From Carpediemonas membranifera BICM (lineage: Eukaryota; Protista; Fornicata), in the NCBI GenBank assembly GCA_019828565.1, contig JAHDYR010000067.1, positions 464,244 to 528,243 on the forward strand: a stretch of 64,000 nucleotides of DNA, read 5' to 3'. This document shows, one piece after another, positions 23,742-37,103 of this stretch. The translations under genes were made by a program, and so were the position numbers. Below the pieces are notes generated by a model. That model did not search any database. It had not been told where the DNA came from and saw only the letters and a list, made by a program, of their open reading frames with translations. The stretch's first letter is position 1; each line of letters starts with the position of its first letter.

Positions 23742-26446
23742 CTAACGACGAGGAGTGCGAGTGCGTGGACGCGAGTTCCTGCCCGGATGAGCGCTTTCGA
23801 AGCGCTTGCAGGCCTTGTCGAACTGCGGGTGAAGGTCGCGATACTTCAAGAGAGCATCAAGAGTGCGGACCTCACTCAGGGGCAGTTCGGAGTCTTCGTC
23901 CTGCTCAAACCCGAGCCAGCGGAGCATGCAGATCGGCTCGTGGGTCGTGGGGTGAGAGCGCCAGTCAACCACATGGTCGACTGTCTTCCAGGTGTTGTCG
24001 GACTCGAACATCTTACGAGCCTCATCGATGGAACCCGGGGGGTGCTGCAGCTTGGCGAGACGGTTGGCGTGTCTGACGATGATGACCCTGGTGGTGGGAT
24101 TCTGGATCTCGTAGGTGCCGTTGCCGAGCTGGCGGATGACGTGGTACGGGCCTCTCATGGCGTACTCCATGCGTGGAATGGGCTTGTCTCGCTTGACGAG
24201 GACCCAGTTGCCAGGATGGAGCTCCTTGGACCCAATGACAGGATAGAGCTCGTCTTTCTTCCCCCTCCTGACGAGCTGCTGCTCTTGGATACGCGCAAGG
24301 ACGGCGGCGGCCTGTTCTTGGGTCTCAGGAGTGACTGGTTCAGACGTGGACGGCTCAGCGCGCTTAACCTGGTGGAAGGCCAGCGCGGCGGCTAGTGCGG
24401 CCTCCCTGGGTGTCTTATTGCCTAAGATTCGCGAAGGAGTCGCGTTAATGTTGACCTCCGCGGTCATCACGGCGGAACGCCAGTGTGTGCGTGGAGAATC
24501 GAGGAGAGTGGACACTGCGATGCGCAAATGCTTGTTAACCTCGCGGTTAAATCTCTCCACCAGCCCATTGGCCTCGTGGCGCTGTGGCGTGGTGATGTGG
24601 TGATGTATGCCGTATGTAGCGGTGAAACGATCGAACTCCGCGTTCTTAAACTGTCCGCCAGAGTCCGTCACGATGGTGTCGGGCGTAGCCCACCGCCCAA
24701 TGATGTTGGTGCGGATGGCCTCGATTGTCTCTCTGGGAGTTAAAGTTTTCAGCGGAATGAGGTGGGTCAGATGAGTGGTGGAATCCACGCACGTCATGAT
24801 GTACTCGTAGCCCTCGTCGGCCGGGGCGATGGGGCCCACCGAGTCGATGTAGAGAGTGGCTAGAGGTCGGGCTGGCGGTAAGCCTGCCGGGTTGTAGGCC
24901 ACGTCTGGGACGGCGCGGTCGCGCTGGCACGTGATGCAGCCCTGGACGAAGCGCTGGACGTCAGGTCGGGAGCCGGGCCAGTCCAGACCAGCGACCTGGA
25001 GCAGATGGATGGACGTGTCCACCCCGGCGTGGTGACGCAGGTGGACAAAGAGGAAGCGCTCCCGCTTCTGCTCGTCCGTCAGTGAGCCTGACTCCGGGAT
25101 CGACATAATCACCGGCAGACGGCTCAGTGCGTCCGCGGCTGAATTTGTCAGACCCGGGACATGGCAGATCTCGATGATCGGGAATCTAGCGAGTTCGAGC
25201 GCCCAGCGGACCACTTTCGGCGTCGCGCTGGTCACCATTGACACCAGACATGAGTTATCAGTGTGTAGTATCGTCGGGGTCCCTCCCAGGATGGAGTCGA
25301 ACCGCTCGCATGTCGCGTAGACGGAGAACATCTCCTTCTCCACGATCTTCCAGTTGCGTTGAGTTGCGTCGAATCGACGCGAGAAAAAGGCCAGTGGGGC
25401 GCCGTCCTGGAAGCAGAACAGCGCCGATCCCGATTGTTGACGCATCAGTGTAGAGGTCGATTGGTTTCGCGGGATCGAAGTGGGCCAGCTCGACGGCCTT
25501 CTTTGCAGTGTCGCGAAGTGCGGACAGTGCTGCCGAGGCGTCGGCCTTGGATACCGGCTCTCCACGCTTGAGGCGCTCGAGCGGATCAGCTAGGCGGATG
25601 AAATCAGGGATGTGACGGCGGATGAAGCCGAATATTCCGACAATATGGGCAGCCTCCTTCGCAGTTTGAGGCGTGCGGAGGGTGTCCAGGGAGGACAGGC
25701 GCTCCGGGTCGATGCGTACGCCGGTGCCAGATACAATCGCTCCCAGATAGCGGACCTCAAGAAGGCCGATGTGCGACTTGCGTGCCGAGAGGCGGACACG
25801 GTGGAGTCGGAGTGCCGTGAAGAGCTCCTTGAGCGCTTCGAGGAGGCTCTCTGCTCTCCCTGCGTAGCAGAGGAGGTCGTCGATGAACGCGAGGCACTTG
25901 AGGTTGTGACGCCGGCGGATGTCGTCCATACGGTGCTGGAACGCCATGGGACCGTTCATCAGTCCAAATGGGAGGCGATTAAACACGTAGCGGCGACCCT
26001 CGTGCTCGAAGCCCGTGAGACGAGACGCCTCCGGGGTCAGTGGCATTTGGTGGAAACCAGATGTGAGATCAAAAACGGCAAAGATCTCAGCGCCTCTGCA
26101 CCGCTCGTACAGTTCTTCGGCCGTGGGCATGGTGTACACGAGGGGCTCAGTGGCAGCGTTGAGCGGCCGGTAGTCGACAACTGGGCGGAAAGGCGGGTCT
26201 GCCGCCGGCTTGCTCGTCATAAAGACGGGAGATAGCCAGTCCAGGTGGTCGTCGGTCGTCGAGATGATGTTGTTCTTTGTCATCTCCTTGATGAAGAAGT
26301 CCATGGCGTCCTTGTGCCCCTTCGACCTCATCGGGCGGACGATGGCGGACGGCTTGGCATCAGCACGCAGCTGGATGTCATACGGAGCGATATCTGCGCC
26401 GTCTTGGTGGATAGGGTGAAAGACGTCTGCGAAACTGCGGACCAGC
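23742..26446 (-). CDS. Element A pol: RT, RNase H, integrase, chromodomain (one frameshift near 25410)
   Basis: DLTSGFHQ, LPFGL, FIDD; TDAS, EKEM, TDN, ADALSR; HHCC zinc finger, D-D-E (IDS, TDSG, GLVER), GPY, C-terminal chromodomain LRWLGFEQDEDS. Confidence 0.93.
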
Positions 26447-27295
26447 TGTGCCTCGCTAATGCGGAGAATGCTTTTACAGGGAAAGAAGAAGAGAAAACCC
26501 TTGTGCCAATAAATGGCTTAAACTGTATAAATGATTAGTGTGGTCTATGACCACCACACTGCCCCTCCATGCCTGGGTAATAGGCATGACACTCAACGAG
26601 TTACGGGGGTTAGGTTGGCCTAGGGTCATCCGTGTTATAGTTTGGTGCCACCCAAGCTATGCAACGGTCTACTCCATTGGCAGTGGAGTGGGCAACGCCC
26701 GACCCGCGGTCTTCCGATACGGAATTATGGTATCACCAACGGTGACATGGGAATAAAACCCGACAGCTGTATATGATAACGTGGATCCACTGTGTAAGCA
26801 ATTGCTATGTTACGTGTTAAGATGGTCTTACCAGGGCTTCGCCGCCCTCATGAACCGCATATAGGGTCCGAACTTACCGACGTCAATGACAGTCAAACGG
26901 ACGGCTAGGGTTCGCCCGTATTCATAGAGGCTTATCCCTGCCCCTCCACGGCCTCATATGGCCGTGTCTCGAAAAATATTACGTGTTACGCATGCTTCTA
27001 AGTAATTCGAGGGTTGATCTCGGCGTCTAGAAGAATAAGAAGAAGTACTGTACCATTTGCGCTGAAACTTACGCAGACGCCGAAAAAGGCATTAAGAGGC
27101 TCCAAAAGGCCTTCGTTGGCGAGTTTTGGGCCTTTCATTTTTCCTGGCGCGCTCGTACTTCATTAACAACATCAATCGGCTTCCGATGGAGCTAATAGGC
27201 TACAGCGCTTAGTAAATAGATGAATTAGCTTGATTTGGCGTCCTATTACTGCTCTAGGTTTCGTCCTGAAACCGATTGTTCCAAAAGTGCAGAAT

Positions 27296-28375
27296 ATGTC
27301 GCCGTCAACTCAGTTGATGTCGGACAACGCCGCCGTAGAAGCAATTCTGGATACTATTCGCGCTAAAATCGCCGAAATTGGTGACGAGGAACTCACTAAG
27401 CCTCTTGTTTCCGCTCATTCCGCCGTCTGTCGTTCTCTTCGTGCTCAAACACGTACTCAGCGCAAGCGCTTGGCCTCCGGTAACCTGTAAGTAACAAATA
27501 TCAATCAACCACTCATCCAGGCACCGTGTACAAGCCGCAGAGCGTGTTACTCGACCCGTGACGGCATCTATGAATCTTCCCGCGACATCAGAGCTGAGGT
27601 CTCCCGGCGCCTGAATGGCTACAGCAACTCGATTGAAATGCCTCTTCAGCGCATCTTCGACGCCATTGAGCAGGGTCGCCTCCACGACGCCGCGGTAGTC
27701 ACCGATGTTAAGAAGTCTCGCCAGATTCTTAACCTCGTGGCTTACTGTCAGTTCGCTCTCGCTGGGGTGGTGACCCACCTCAAGATCAAGCTGTGCCCGA
27801 CGCTCACTGATGGCGATATCGTCTCAGCAGCCCTCCGGAGTGGCGACATCAGCCTGACCGGTAGTGGGCGCTACTCTGCCGGGCTCGTGGCCGCAGTTCG
27901 CGCTGCTGCCGGTGTCACGTCGGATACCACGGCTCGCGGATACCTCAACCGCCTGCTGATCCTCGTCCTCTCGCCCGATTACTTCCGAGTGGCACTCTTC
28001 GGGATCAGCCGCTGCATCTCAGCTCCCAGCGCCTTCTGGGCGACCCTGGTCGACGAGCTGTGTCGCGAGGGTCACCTGCCTGCGATCGGTGACGAGGTCC
28101 ACTGGGAGCCTATTCAGGTCTCGGACCCGGACCGTTACTACACCGTGACGTGTGTTGTCCGTCATGAATTCCTCAAAACGACTCGTGGACCTGGGACCTT
28201 CGCTCTCATACTCCAGTATGAGGGTTACTCTAGCCTCAGCATCGTCTGGCTGAACGCCGATCTCTGTCTCGTCCGTTGTGTGCGCGACTATCTTGCTGAG
28301 CACGATCTTGAGCGCCACGCTGACGCGTCTTGGTTGGTCGAGCTGACCGATACCGAGGAGTCGGACGACGAATAA
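27296..28375 (+). CDS. Antisense accessory gene of element D with a chromodomain-like C-terminus (possibly spliced near 27487)
   Basis: ORFs 27296-27490 and 27638-28375 are in the same frame, separated by one TAA inside an intron-like GTAAGT..AT-rich segment. C-terminus YYTVTCVVRH...LILQYEGYSSLSIVWL...VRDYL. Confidence 0.6.
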
Positions 28376-28417
28376 ATCTGATGACTTGACGCTGGAGCGA
28401 TTAGATGTGGTGAAGAT

Positions 28418-31115
28418 TTATAGACCGTCCAGTTTGGCTTGGTCAGACTTCAAATATATATCTAATGCTTCCAGGTCCTTGACGGAGTCCCAATCCTGCC
28501 ATGTCGCCTCCTCGTCCTCGAAACCAGACCAGTGAACGCGGTATTCGCGTTTGGTTCGTGTTCCGTTCCCTCGCGATTTGGAAATACGGTCCACTTCCCA
28601 CTCATCGTTCGCCGTGGCGGCCAAGTCCTTGATCTCTCGCTCGGATAGATTGCCAGGGTTAAATCTGCGTACGCGCGAGGCGTCGACCTTCAATATCTTG
28701 CCTTGGCTTCCCTGGTTGAGGTCCTGAACTTCATAGGCGACCGTCACGCCATCTTGCTTAACCGCACTGACCCGTCGCATGGGCCCTCGCCATCCTGGCA
28801 TCAGCTTGTTGGGAGGTCTGGCTGGGTACTTGACCAACACGAACCGGCACAGTAACTCCTGACGTGACGATGCGGCGTTTGCGAGAGCGTCCTCTCTCAT
28901 TGCCTGAATTCTAGCCTTCGCTAGCTGGATGGCTTGGCCAGCCGCCGCGCGTCTGTCCTGTATTCTGGCGCTAGTCGAGTGGGTGCAGATGATGATCTCG
29001 TTCGGGATCCTGATGTTGACACCTAGTATGATCTCGGATGGTGAGAGGTGAGTGGGTATCCTGGGCGTCGAATTGACGATAAATTGTGCGACAGGTAAGT
29101 GCTTGACCCAGTCCGCGTCCCGGAAATGGAACTTTCTGGCCTTCAAGATTTTGAGAACTCCACTGTTGGCCCGTTCGACGATGCCATTAGATTGCGGGTG
29201 ATGTGGAGTCGTAACATGGGTGTGGAAACCCATCTCGTCGGCCAGGGACTTCATGAGCTGATTGTTAAACTCGGGCCCGCCGTCAGTCTGTAAGACCTCG
29301 GGGCAGCCATAGCGTAAGACCCAGTTATTAACGAACGCCGTAACTGCGGCTTGCGCAGTCGTACCTGTAACTGGAACCAACTCGGTCCACCTACTACACA
29401 TATCTATGATGACGGAGATGTGCGTGAACCCCTGCGACTTGGGGAACGGACCTAAGGTGTCGATGGCTACTCGCTTAAACGGTTCATCAACGGCGGTATG
29501 CAGACCATCCGGTGTATCGACGTGGGGTCTCTCGAGGACTTGGCACACCGGGCAAGCTGCAATCACCTGGTCGACTGCGGCTCTCGACACCGACAACCCT
29601 TCGGCTCTAAGCTTCTCGGTCGTTAGTCGTCGAGATAGATGGGCGCCGGCGGTGGTGTGTGCTTCTTCAATCTCATCGGTCGTAGCTTTGCGAGTGAACA
29701 TAGTAAACACACGGGACAGACCATCTGCGGCTCCATTGTCCAGGCCGGCGACGTGCTTAATCTCAAAGTCCAAGTCGGAAATGGCATCGGCCCACCTCCT
29801 GACTTTCGGGTTGATGCTACGGTACATGAAGGTAAGGTTTCGGTGGTCAGTGAGTATGGAGAAAGGTCCCCAGGCAAGGAACTTGCGCCAGCGCTGCAAG
29901 GCCGCCACAATGGCGTACGCCTCCTTCTCAATCGTTGACCAACGAGACTGTGTGGCGTTGAAGGCCTTCGACATGTAACAGACAGGCTTGCCCTCTTGCA
30001 ATAGGACTGCGCCGTACCCCACTCCCGAGGCGTCGGTCATTATAGAATGCTCCTTCGTGGCGTCGAAAATTGCTAGGGCGTCAGCGGAGGTAAGGCTCTG
30101 CTTGAGCTTATCGAGGGCCTCCTGCTGGGCGGTCAGGCCGAGACTTGTGTGACCGGACATAGCTTTGATTAACGGGTGTCCGATTTCCGCAAAATGGGGG
30201 ATGTGATCCCGGAAATAGTTGAGGAATCCTACTAGGCCCTGCATGCCCTTGATGGATGTCGGCATCTGGAGATTTGCGATGTCGTCTACACGGCTGGGTG
30301 CGATGCTCACCTGCCCATCATTGACAACCCAACCTAAGAACTCGACCTCCTGCCTGCCGAATTGGCATTTCTCGCGATTGAGCTGGAGCTTGACCTTACG
30401 CGCACGGTCCAGGACTCTTTCGAGGTTCGCGAGATATTCGGCCTCGTCGCTGCCGAAGACAATAATATCGTCGATGTAAATGTAACATGAGCTGCCCACG
30501 AGCCCGGCGAAGGCGCGCTCCATGGCCTTCTGGAAGTGAGCTCCTGCGTTGCGCAGCCCGAAAGGCATCCGTCGGTATTGATACTGCCCTAGTACGGTGG
30601 TAAATGCAGTCAGGGGTCTTGATCGTTCTGTCAAAGGGATCTGGTGGTACCCGGACGACAGGTCTAGAGTCGCGAAGATCTTCTGTCCTGCGAGCTGTGA
30701 CAGCACCTCGTCGATACGAGGGATGGGGTAGTCGAACGGCTCAGTAAGCTCGTTAATACGGCGGAAATCGACTACGAAACGCGACTTGCCTCCCTTCTTA
30801 GGCACAGTCATAGCTGGGGAAGCGTATTGTGACTGGCAGGCCTCGATATATTTCTTGGCTAGCAGCGTGTCGATGTGCTCTCTCACGACGTGTATCTTCG
30901 CTGGGGGTACATAGTAAGGTCTGGCGTTCACGACCCGATCGTCCTTCAGAACGAGGTCGTACGGCTCTAGCCTGCTAGGTTCGTCCCGGTCTTGGAATAG
31001 ATCGGAGAACCTCTTGATCAGTTCGGCTTGACTCTTGGTCGACTGGTCGGATAGACTAAAAATGGCAGCGTTGTGCTTGAAAGCTTCGGGGACCTGGACT
31101 TCGTCCGAGTATTCC
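28418..31115 (-). CDS. Element D pol: RT-RNase H-integrase-chromodomain
   Basis: LDLSSGYHQ, MPFGL, YIDD, TDAS, EKEA, TDH, D-D-E, chromodomain YRVHWSGFEDEEATW. The frame stays open upstream of the tracked ORF to a G5 run near 31115. Confidence 0.95.
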
Positions 31116-32354
31116 CCCTGACTCTACGTTCACGTCGGGGAGGATTCCCAGCTCGACAAGGTGGGGGTACCCCAGGACGACGTCGAACTCAGTATCTAGC
31201 ACAATCAACTCCGGCTTGAAGGACACTGCCTTAGGTGTAAAGGCTGACGGCATGAGTTTGATGTTCCCTTGCACGGAACCTTGGGACTGTATAGTTCCCT
31301 TGGCTGTACGCACGCTTCGCTCTTCATCTGATATACGCGTCATACCCTTGGTCAGCTTGGGGGATATAGTGGAGCAGTTGGCTCCCGAATCAATCAAGGC
31401 AACGACGTCTCGACCCTCGACCTTAACTTTGCACAGAGGTAGGCTATCTTTGCGTTTGTGTGAAGTCATCGAGAACAAGGACAAGTACTGTGGGGATTTA
31501 CAGAACCTGTCAAGGTGTCCGCTCTTCCCGCACTTCTGACACTTGTTCTTGGGCTTCTTACACTCGTAGACGGCGTGACCCTTACCACCACAGTTATAGC
31601 AAGTGAACTGTGAATGATCACGTCTGCCCTTCTTGTCGATAGGCTTAGTCGACGCGTGTTCAGGTCTGGTAGCATGCGAACGGTCTTCGGTGGGACGTGA
31701 CTGAGGCTTGCGATCGTTGCGTCGGTGGGAGTTACGGCTCGTGTGGTGGTGCTCGGCGTTGGACGGCTTGTCCTGGAACGCGTTGGCGATCGCGGTGCTC
31801 TCTTGGACTGTTCTGGATAGGGCTAGAACGCGCGGCATGGCATCTTCTAGCGACATGTCCTGGATCACCTCCTTGATGCGGTACATCGTCTGGTTGGATC
31901 CGAACTTGAAACAACGAACGTATATGTCGCGTAGTGTCTCGAGGGGGAACTCGGGTTGGACGACTGCCATGGTAATACGGAACTTCTTGTTGACTCGAGC
32001 AACTTCGATAGGGGAGAAGTCCTTGGCGGTGATTCTAAAGAGACGGAGCTTGTTGACTTCTTGAGTAGGTCTGAGAGCGCGTCCTAGGCGCTTGATGATC
32101 TTGAGGTCCTTCTGGGCTCTGGAGCGAGCGGCACGATGATGTTGATTAAGGAGGAGAGGGATCTCTTCCTCCGCGTCGTCAAGATCGTCCGCTGGTAGGA
32201 TTGCTGTCACCATCTCCCGAACCTCGCTGTCGATTAGCTTCTCAATGTCTCGCTTGCCCCCTAAGGCGCGGTAATCGTTGAACTTGTCCACAAAGATGAA
32301 CAGTTCGTTCAGATCTGGCGACTTCAGCAACGGGGGATCGGATTTCTTCAGCAT
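31056..32354 (-). CDS. Element D gag-protease
   Basis: Two CCHC knuckles (CYNCGGKGHAVYEC, CQKCGKSGHLDRFC); protease LIDSGA and VVLG. Confidence 0.93.
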   Translation of the reverse strand: MLKKSDPPLLKSPDLNELFIFVDKFNDYRALGGKRDIEKLIDSEVREMVTAILPADDLDDAEEEIPLLLNQHHRAARSRAQKDLKIIKRLGRALRPTQEVNKLRLFRITAKDFSPIEVARVNKKFRITMAVVQPEFPLETLRDIYVRCFKFGSNQTMYRIKEVIQDMSLEDAMPRVLALSRTVQESTAIANAFQDKPSNAEHHHTSRNSHRRNDRKPQSRPTEDRSHATRPEHASTKPIDKKGRRDHSQFTCYNCGGKGHAVYECKKPKNKCQKCGKSGHLDRFCKSPQYLSLFSMTSHKRKDSLPLCKVKVEGRDVVALIDSGANCSTISPKLTKGMTRISDEERSVRTAKGTIQSQGSVQGNIKLMPSAFTPKAVSFKPELIVLDTEFDVVLGYPHLVELGILPDVNVESGGILGRSPGPRSFQAQRCHF

Positions 32355-32674
32355 TTGAGGGGAATTAACGTTAATGTGCCTCGCTAATGCGGAGAATGCT
32401 TTTACAGGGAAAGAAGAAGAGAAAACCCTTGTGCCAATAAATGGCTTAAACTGTATAAATGATTAGTGTGGTCTATGACCACCACACAGCTCGTCGAAGT
32501 CGTCGGCCAGGTCCCCCAGGTTCTCTCGATGGACTGTGGGGAGCTCCTGCGAGCCAGACGCGGTGTACATCTGGGCGAGCTCATGGAAGTCTGCCGGCTC
32601 AAAGAGCGCGGGCGTATCAACAGGTGTTGCCTTGTTGTGGCCAAAGTCGAGGCCCACCGCGCGAAGCGCTACGG

Positions 32675-35600
32675 TGTGATATATACATATAATATATATA
32701 CATATAATTACCCTCTACATATAATCCCCTGATCTCGATACGGTCAATGGCCGTCTCGACTCGACACAATTGGTGTCGCCATATAAAGCAGTGCACCCTT
32801 CACAGTGTTAACACTGCGGTAATGATCCCCAGCTCAATGATTGTCCCGTCGCTCGATGCCGACTTTAATTCTGAAGACCTACGCCGTTTCCAAACGGATC
32901 TTGCCCGTCTCAAGGCAATTACAAGAGACCGCAACGTTCGTATGGCTACCTTCATGGCTCCCGAGACGCTGGACCTCCTGGAAGACTTCTTCGGAGAGGA
33001 GAATCTCATCGACGAAGACGACGAAACCATCGCGGACTACTTGCATCGCTTTTTGGCTCCGTCATCCACTGCCGAGCTTAAGTCAAAGCTCCAAAGCCTC
33101 ATTTGCCCCACAGACGAACATTCCGAACGTGTAGCACTCATTCGCCAGTTTATTCGGTCCTTCCGTGCGACATTCGCCGACATGGAGGACAGCGACTCGG
33201 AGTCAGAGAGTGAGGGTGGCCTCGTTGAGGACCACGTCTCACAGATGGAGCGCCAAGCAATGAAGCTCTTCATCGATGCCCTGGAGCCGAAGCCGTTCCG
33301 AGAGGCGGTCAAATTTGCGGCCAAAGTCAAGCGCCCCTCGAACCTCAAGGCAATGTACTCCCTAGCCACCCGAGAAGCAAAGCGAGACGACGCGGCCCGC
33401 CAAGAAGCCGAACGTTACGGCTATTATAGGCCGCCCCAGGCAAAGACCAAGTCCAAGAAGCCCCGAGGCCAGACCTCCAAGCCTTCTCCGTCCGACAGTC
33501 GCTCTTCTCCAGCCGATCGTCGCGAGGCCCGCCACAACAGCTCCGACAAGGCCAATGACGTCGACCCGGCCAAGAAGCCTCCCCATCGCCCTTGCTCTAG
33601 CTGCGGTGGCTGGCACTGGGACTCCCAGTGTCCGACAGGCAAGCCCGAGGTGAACCTCCTAGAGAACGCCAAGCCCCTCATGACCTCCGGCCAAATAAAT
33701 GGCCAGCAGTGTTCGTTTCGTTTGGATACAGGGGCGACGTTCTCAGCGGTGACGGAGGGAGCAGTGGAACAATTTCACTTACCAACTTGCACCGGGCCAA
33801 CGATACACTACGTGACCGCTGATCAGCGAGTGTCGAAGACAAACACCTATGCCACCGCTACAATAATATTGGAGAGGCTGACGCCGGTTGACGTCGAGAT
33901 ACAGGTACGGCTAGTGGTACTCCCAGGCGCTCCGGTCAAGACCATCGTCGGTCTAGACATTCTTCGCGAGCTCGGAGTCGTGACGAACGATGAACTCTTC
34001 ATCAGGCTCATCGATAAGGCCGAGGATGGCGACGATGGGGATGACATTGATGTTGAGATTAATCAGGTGGAGGAGACGTTGGATGACTCACTGTCGGCCA
34101 TCACTGTGCCGGATTCAGACATAGCTCCCCGACATATGGGCGCTGATCCGGGAGTTTGCCGAGCTGTTCGGGGGACTACCCCCGGAGGGCTCTACCCTTG
34201 GCCCCATGGCCATAGATACATCCGAAGACGCGCTCATCCAGAGCCGCCCGAGACACCTGGGACCCCCTAAGCGGGAGTTAGTGCGGCAGGAAGTCCGCCG
34301 GTTGAAGCGGGAAGGTATTATCCGAGACTGCCGTGGGCCGTGGGCAAGCCCAATAGTGGTCGCCACGAAGAAGGATGGGGCTATTCGACTCTGTGTGGAC
34401 CTCACTGCGGTCAACAACGTAACCAAGCCGGACCGGTTCCCGCTGCCGGACCTACGGTCCTTCGTCCACGAGGCCGCAGGTGCTGAGTGGTTCAGCAGTA
34501 TGGACCTCAGGGTACCATCAGATGAAGGTCCGGCCCGAAGACGTTTTCAAGACGGGGTTCGTCACCCCCGACGACTATTGCGAGTTTGTTCGCACGCCGT
34601 TCGGCTTGAGGAATGCTCCTGCGGTGTTCCAGCGGGAGATGCAGCGCAGCCTGGCACCAGTCTTGCACAAGGGCGCTTGCGTGTACATCGACGATATTCT
34701 GAACTATGCCCGGACGGCAGAGGAATACCTTGCTACACTCCGGACGGTCTTCGAGTGTTTGAGAGCGGCCAGACTAAGGCTGGCACCCAAGAAGTGCACG
34801 TTCGGAGCCAAGAGCGTGGAAGTGGTCGGGTTCGTCATTGACGGAACCGGCAGTCGCGTGTCGGAGTCGAGGATTGCCTCGCTCAGGGCCCTAGCTAGGC
34901 CCAACAACATGACAGATCTCCGCGGCATCATTGGAAAATTCAACTATCTGGCAAGGTTCATACCGGACTGCCAGAGGGTCCTCGCCCCGCTCTACGAGAT
35001 CAAGGATATGGGGCAGTGGACCGACGAGCACGACGGCATAGTACGCGAGCTCGCAGAGACGGTAGCGAACGCAGCGGCGCTAGTGTTCCCCGACCTGACA
35101 AAGCCGTGGCAGCTATACACTGATGCTTCTGACGAGGGCATCGGCGGGGTCCTGCTTCAGGGTGACCCAGGGGAAGAACAGGTAGTTGCCTTTTTCAGCA
35201 AGAAGTTCTCGGCAGTTCAAGGGCGGTGGTCGACGTATGACAAGGAACTATACGCCATTGTACACTGCGTGACACAGCCCGACCTCGCCCCGCTGTTCAA
35301 GCTACACCCAGACCTCACTGTGTGTTCCGACCACAAGAACCTACTATTCCTTCACAAGCGGAAGGACCTCAGCGCCAAGCTCGAGAGGTGGAGGATTATC
35401 CTGGGCGAGTATCCGTTCAGGCTGCGGCATGTAGCCGGGAAGGACAACGTAGTAGCGGATGCCCTATCCCGACTGCCGATGGAGACAAACTTACTCGACC
35501 GGCAACAGATTCCTGACGACGCTCGTGCATTACTAGAGTCTCTACATGGGGGCAGTGCGGGCCACGTTCCATTGGCAGCAATGCAGGACCGGGCGGGTGA

Positions 35601-37099
35601 TCGATGGGAGGAGATTAGACCCTTCACTCGCCAGTGGGTCGAAGAGTGCCCCATATGCCAGAAGGCACGGGAACCGGGGCGTACGAGAGTCCCCTGGCAC
35701 TCCACGCAGCACAGGCAGCCATTCGAGGTGGTGCAGCTTGATACTATCGGGCCCCTCCCCCAATCACCGCACGGCAACCAGTACGTTGTCGTAGTCATTG
35801 ATGCGTTCTCGAAGTACGTGGACGTCTACCCGGTGAAGAGCACCGACGCCCAGGGGGCGGCCGAGGTGGTTGCCCGCGTGTGTGGTCGATGGGGAGTACC
35901 ACAGACGATCCAGACTGACCAAGGCTCGCAGTTCCGAAATGAACTCGTCAACCAAGTCACGACTCGACTGACCCTCAACCATCGATTCTCCACCGCATAT
36001 CATCCTGCTAGTAATGGCATAGTGGAGAGAGCCAATGGCACGTTGGTCCGAGCTCTACGCAAGCTGTTGTTGGAGGCGGAAGACGACCAGTGGGAGCACT
36101 GGCTCCCCGGTCGCGCAGCTGGTGATTAACAGCGCGCCACACAGCACGCTAGGGGGCATGAGCCCACTCCAATGCCTCTTCGGCATCTCACCCGCCGTTC
36201 TTAAGTCGGCCGAGCAGTTGGCACCGATGGCGGAGGCTGTCGGGGCCCCGGCGGATCTGGCAGAGTGGGCACGGGCTCGGCAGGGCTTCAGAGCGGCAGC
36301 GGAACAAGCGGTGGGTGAGTATGAACGCCGCCAGGCTGCGAAACAGCCGGCTGAGTCTCAGTCTAAGGTACGGACTGGCGACCTCTATTTTGTGAGGTGG
36401 GCAACGAGACAGACGAAGTTGACTGCTAAGGCCCGTGGACCGATGCAGGCCGTCGGGCAAGGGGAAAGCCCGAACACCTGGCGCATGAAGGACTTAATCT
36501 CGCACAAGGTGGTACTGATCCATGAGGAACGGATAAGCGTGGCTAAGGTCTCGATGGAGCAAGCGGTGCGCTTAGCGGCACGGGATCATCAGGAATTCGT
36601 TGTCGAAAGGATCGTAGGCCACAAGCTCGGTAGTAGGAAGAATCGTTCGGCCATCTTGATCGAATGGGCCGGTTTTGAACCAGATGAAGCCACTTGGGAA
36701 CCGTTGAACGCGGCGAATGCGCAGCTAAGAGCTCTGGACGACTATTTGGACACTTTGACATCAGTAAGTAGGAAAAGGCTGGAAGGAACCATCCCGAAGC
36801 GCCATTAGGGAAATGTCGACGACGAACTTCGTTGTTGCGGACTCCTCGACGATTTATCGACTCCTGGACTATCCGCCGACTTCTGGACGATTACGTCAAG
36901 GGTCAGAGATTTGCCCTGGATTTTTTTCTCAGGAGTGAGGATTTATTTTTTTGGGTGGGGAGGGGGTAGTGTGATATATACATATAATATATATACATAT
37001 AATTACCCTCTACATATAATCCCCTGATCTCGATACGGTCAATGGCCGTCTCGACTCGACACAATTGGTGTCGCCATATAAAGCAGTGCACCCTTCACA
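32675..37099 (+). mobile_element. Ty3/gypsy chromovirus C (4425 bp) nested in A, opposite orientation
   Basis: 130-bp TGTGA...TCACA LTRs at 32675-32804 and 36970-37099; TSD ACGG (the 5th base is ambiguous with the LTR T); PPT GGGTGGGGAGGGGGTAG. Confidence 0.97.
32822..36808 (+). pseudogene. Element C gag-pol with three frameshifts (near 34130, 34505, 36105)
   Basis: CSSCGGWHWDSQC knuckle, LDTGA, TPFGL, YIDD, TDAS, D-D-E, chromodomain IEWAGFEPDEATWEP, spread over four overlapping ORFs. Confidence 0.9.
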
Positions 37100-37103
37100 A
37101 CGG

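Larger units (their letters stand above)
26447..32486 (-). mobile_element. Ty3/gypsy chromovirus D (6040 bp) nested in A
   Basis: 112-bp TG...CA LTRs at 26447-26558 and 32375-32486; 4-bp TSD CAGC; PPT GGAGGGGCAG. Confidence 0.97.

Noticed and set aside
31056-31125. Programmed gag-pol frameshift in element D
   Set aside because: The break falls in a G5 homopolymer after the protease. A and E use single ORFs, and scattered 1-nt indels occur across the repeats here, so assembly error or mutation is more likely.
32675-32730. AT-rich TATATACATATAA repeats
   Set aside because: Part of the element C LTR (repeated at 36970), not an independent feature.
34120-36110. Multiple frameshifts in element C (and near 25410 in A) as recoding sites
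   Set aside because: They fall in or near conserved enzyme domains, with no slippery motif; consistent with uncorrected indels or decay.
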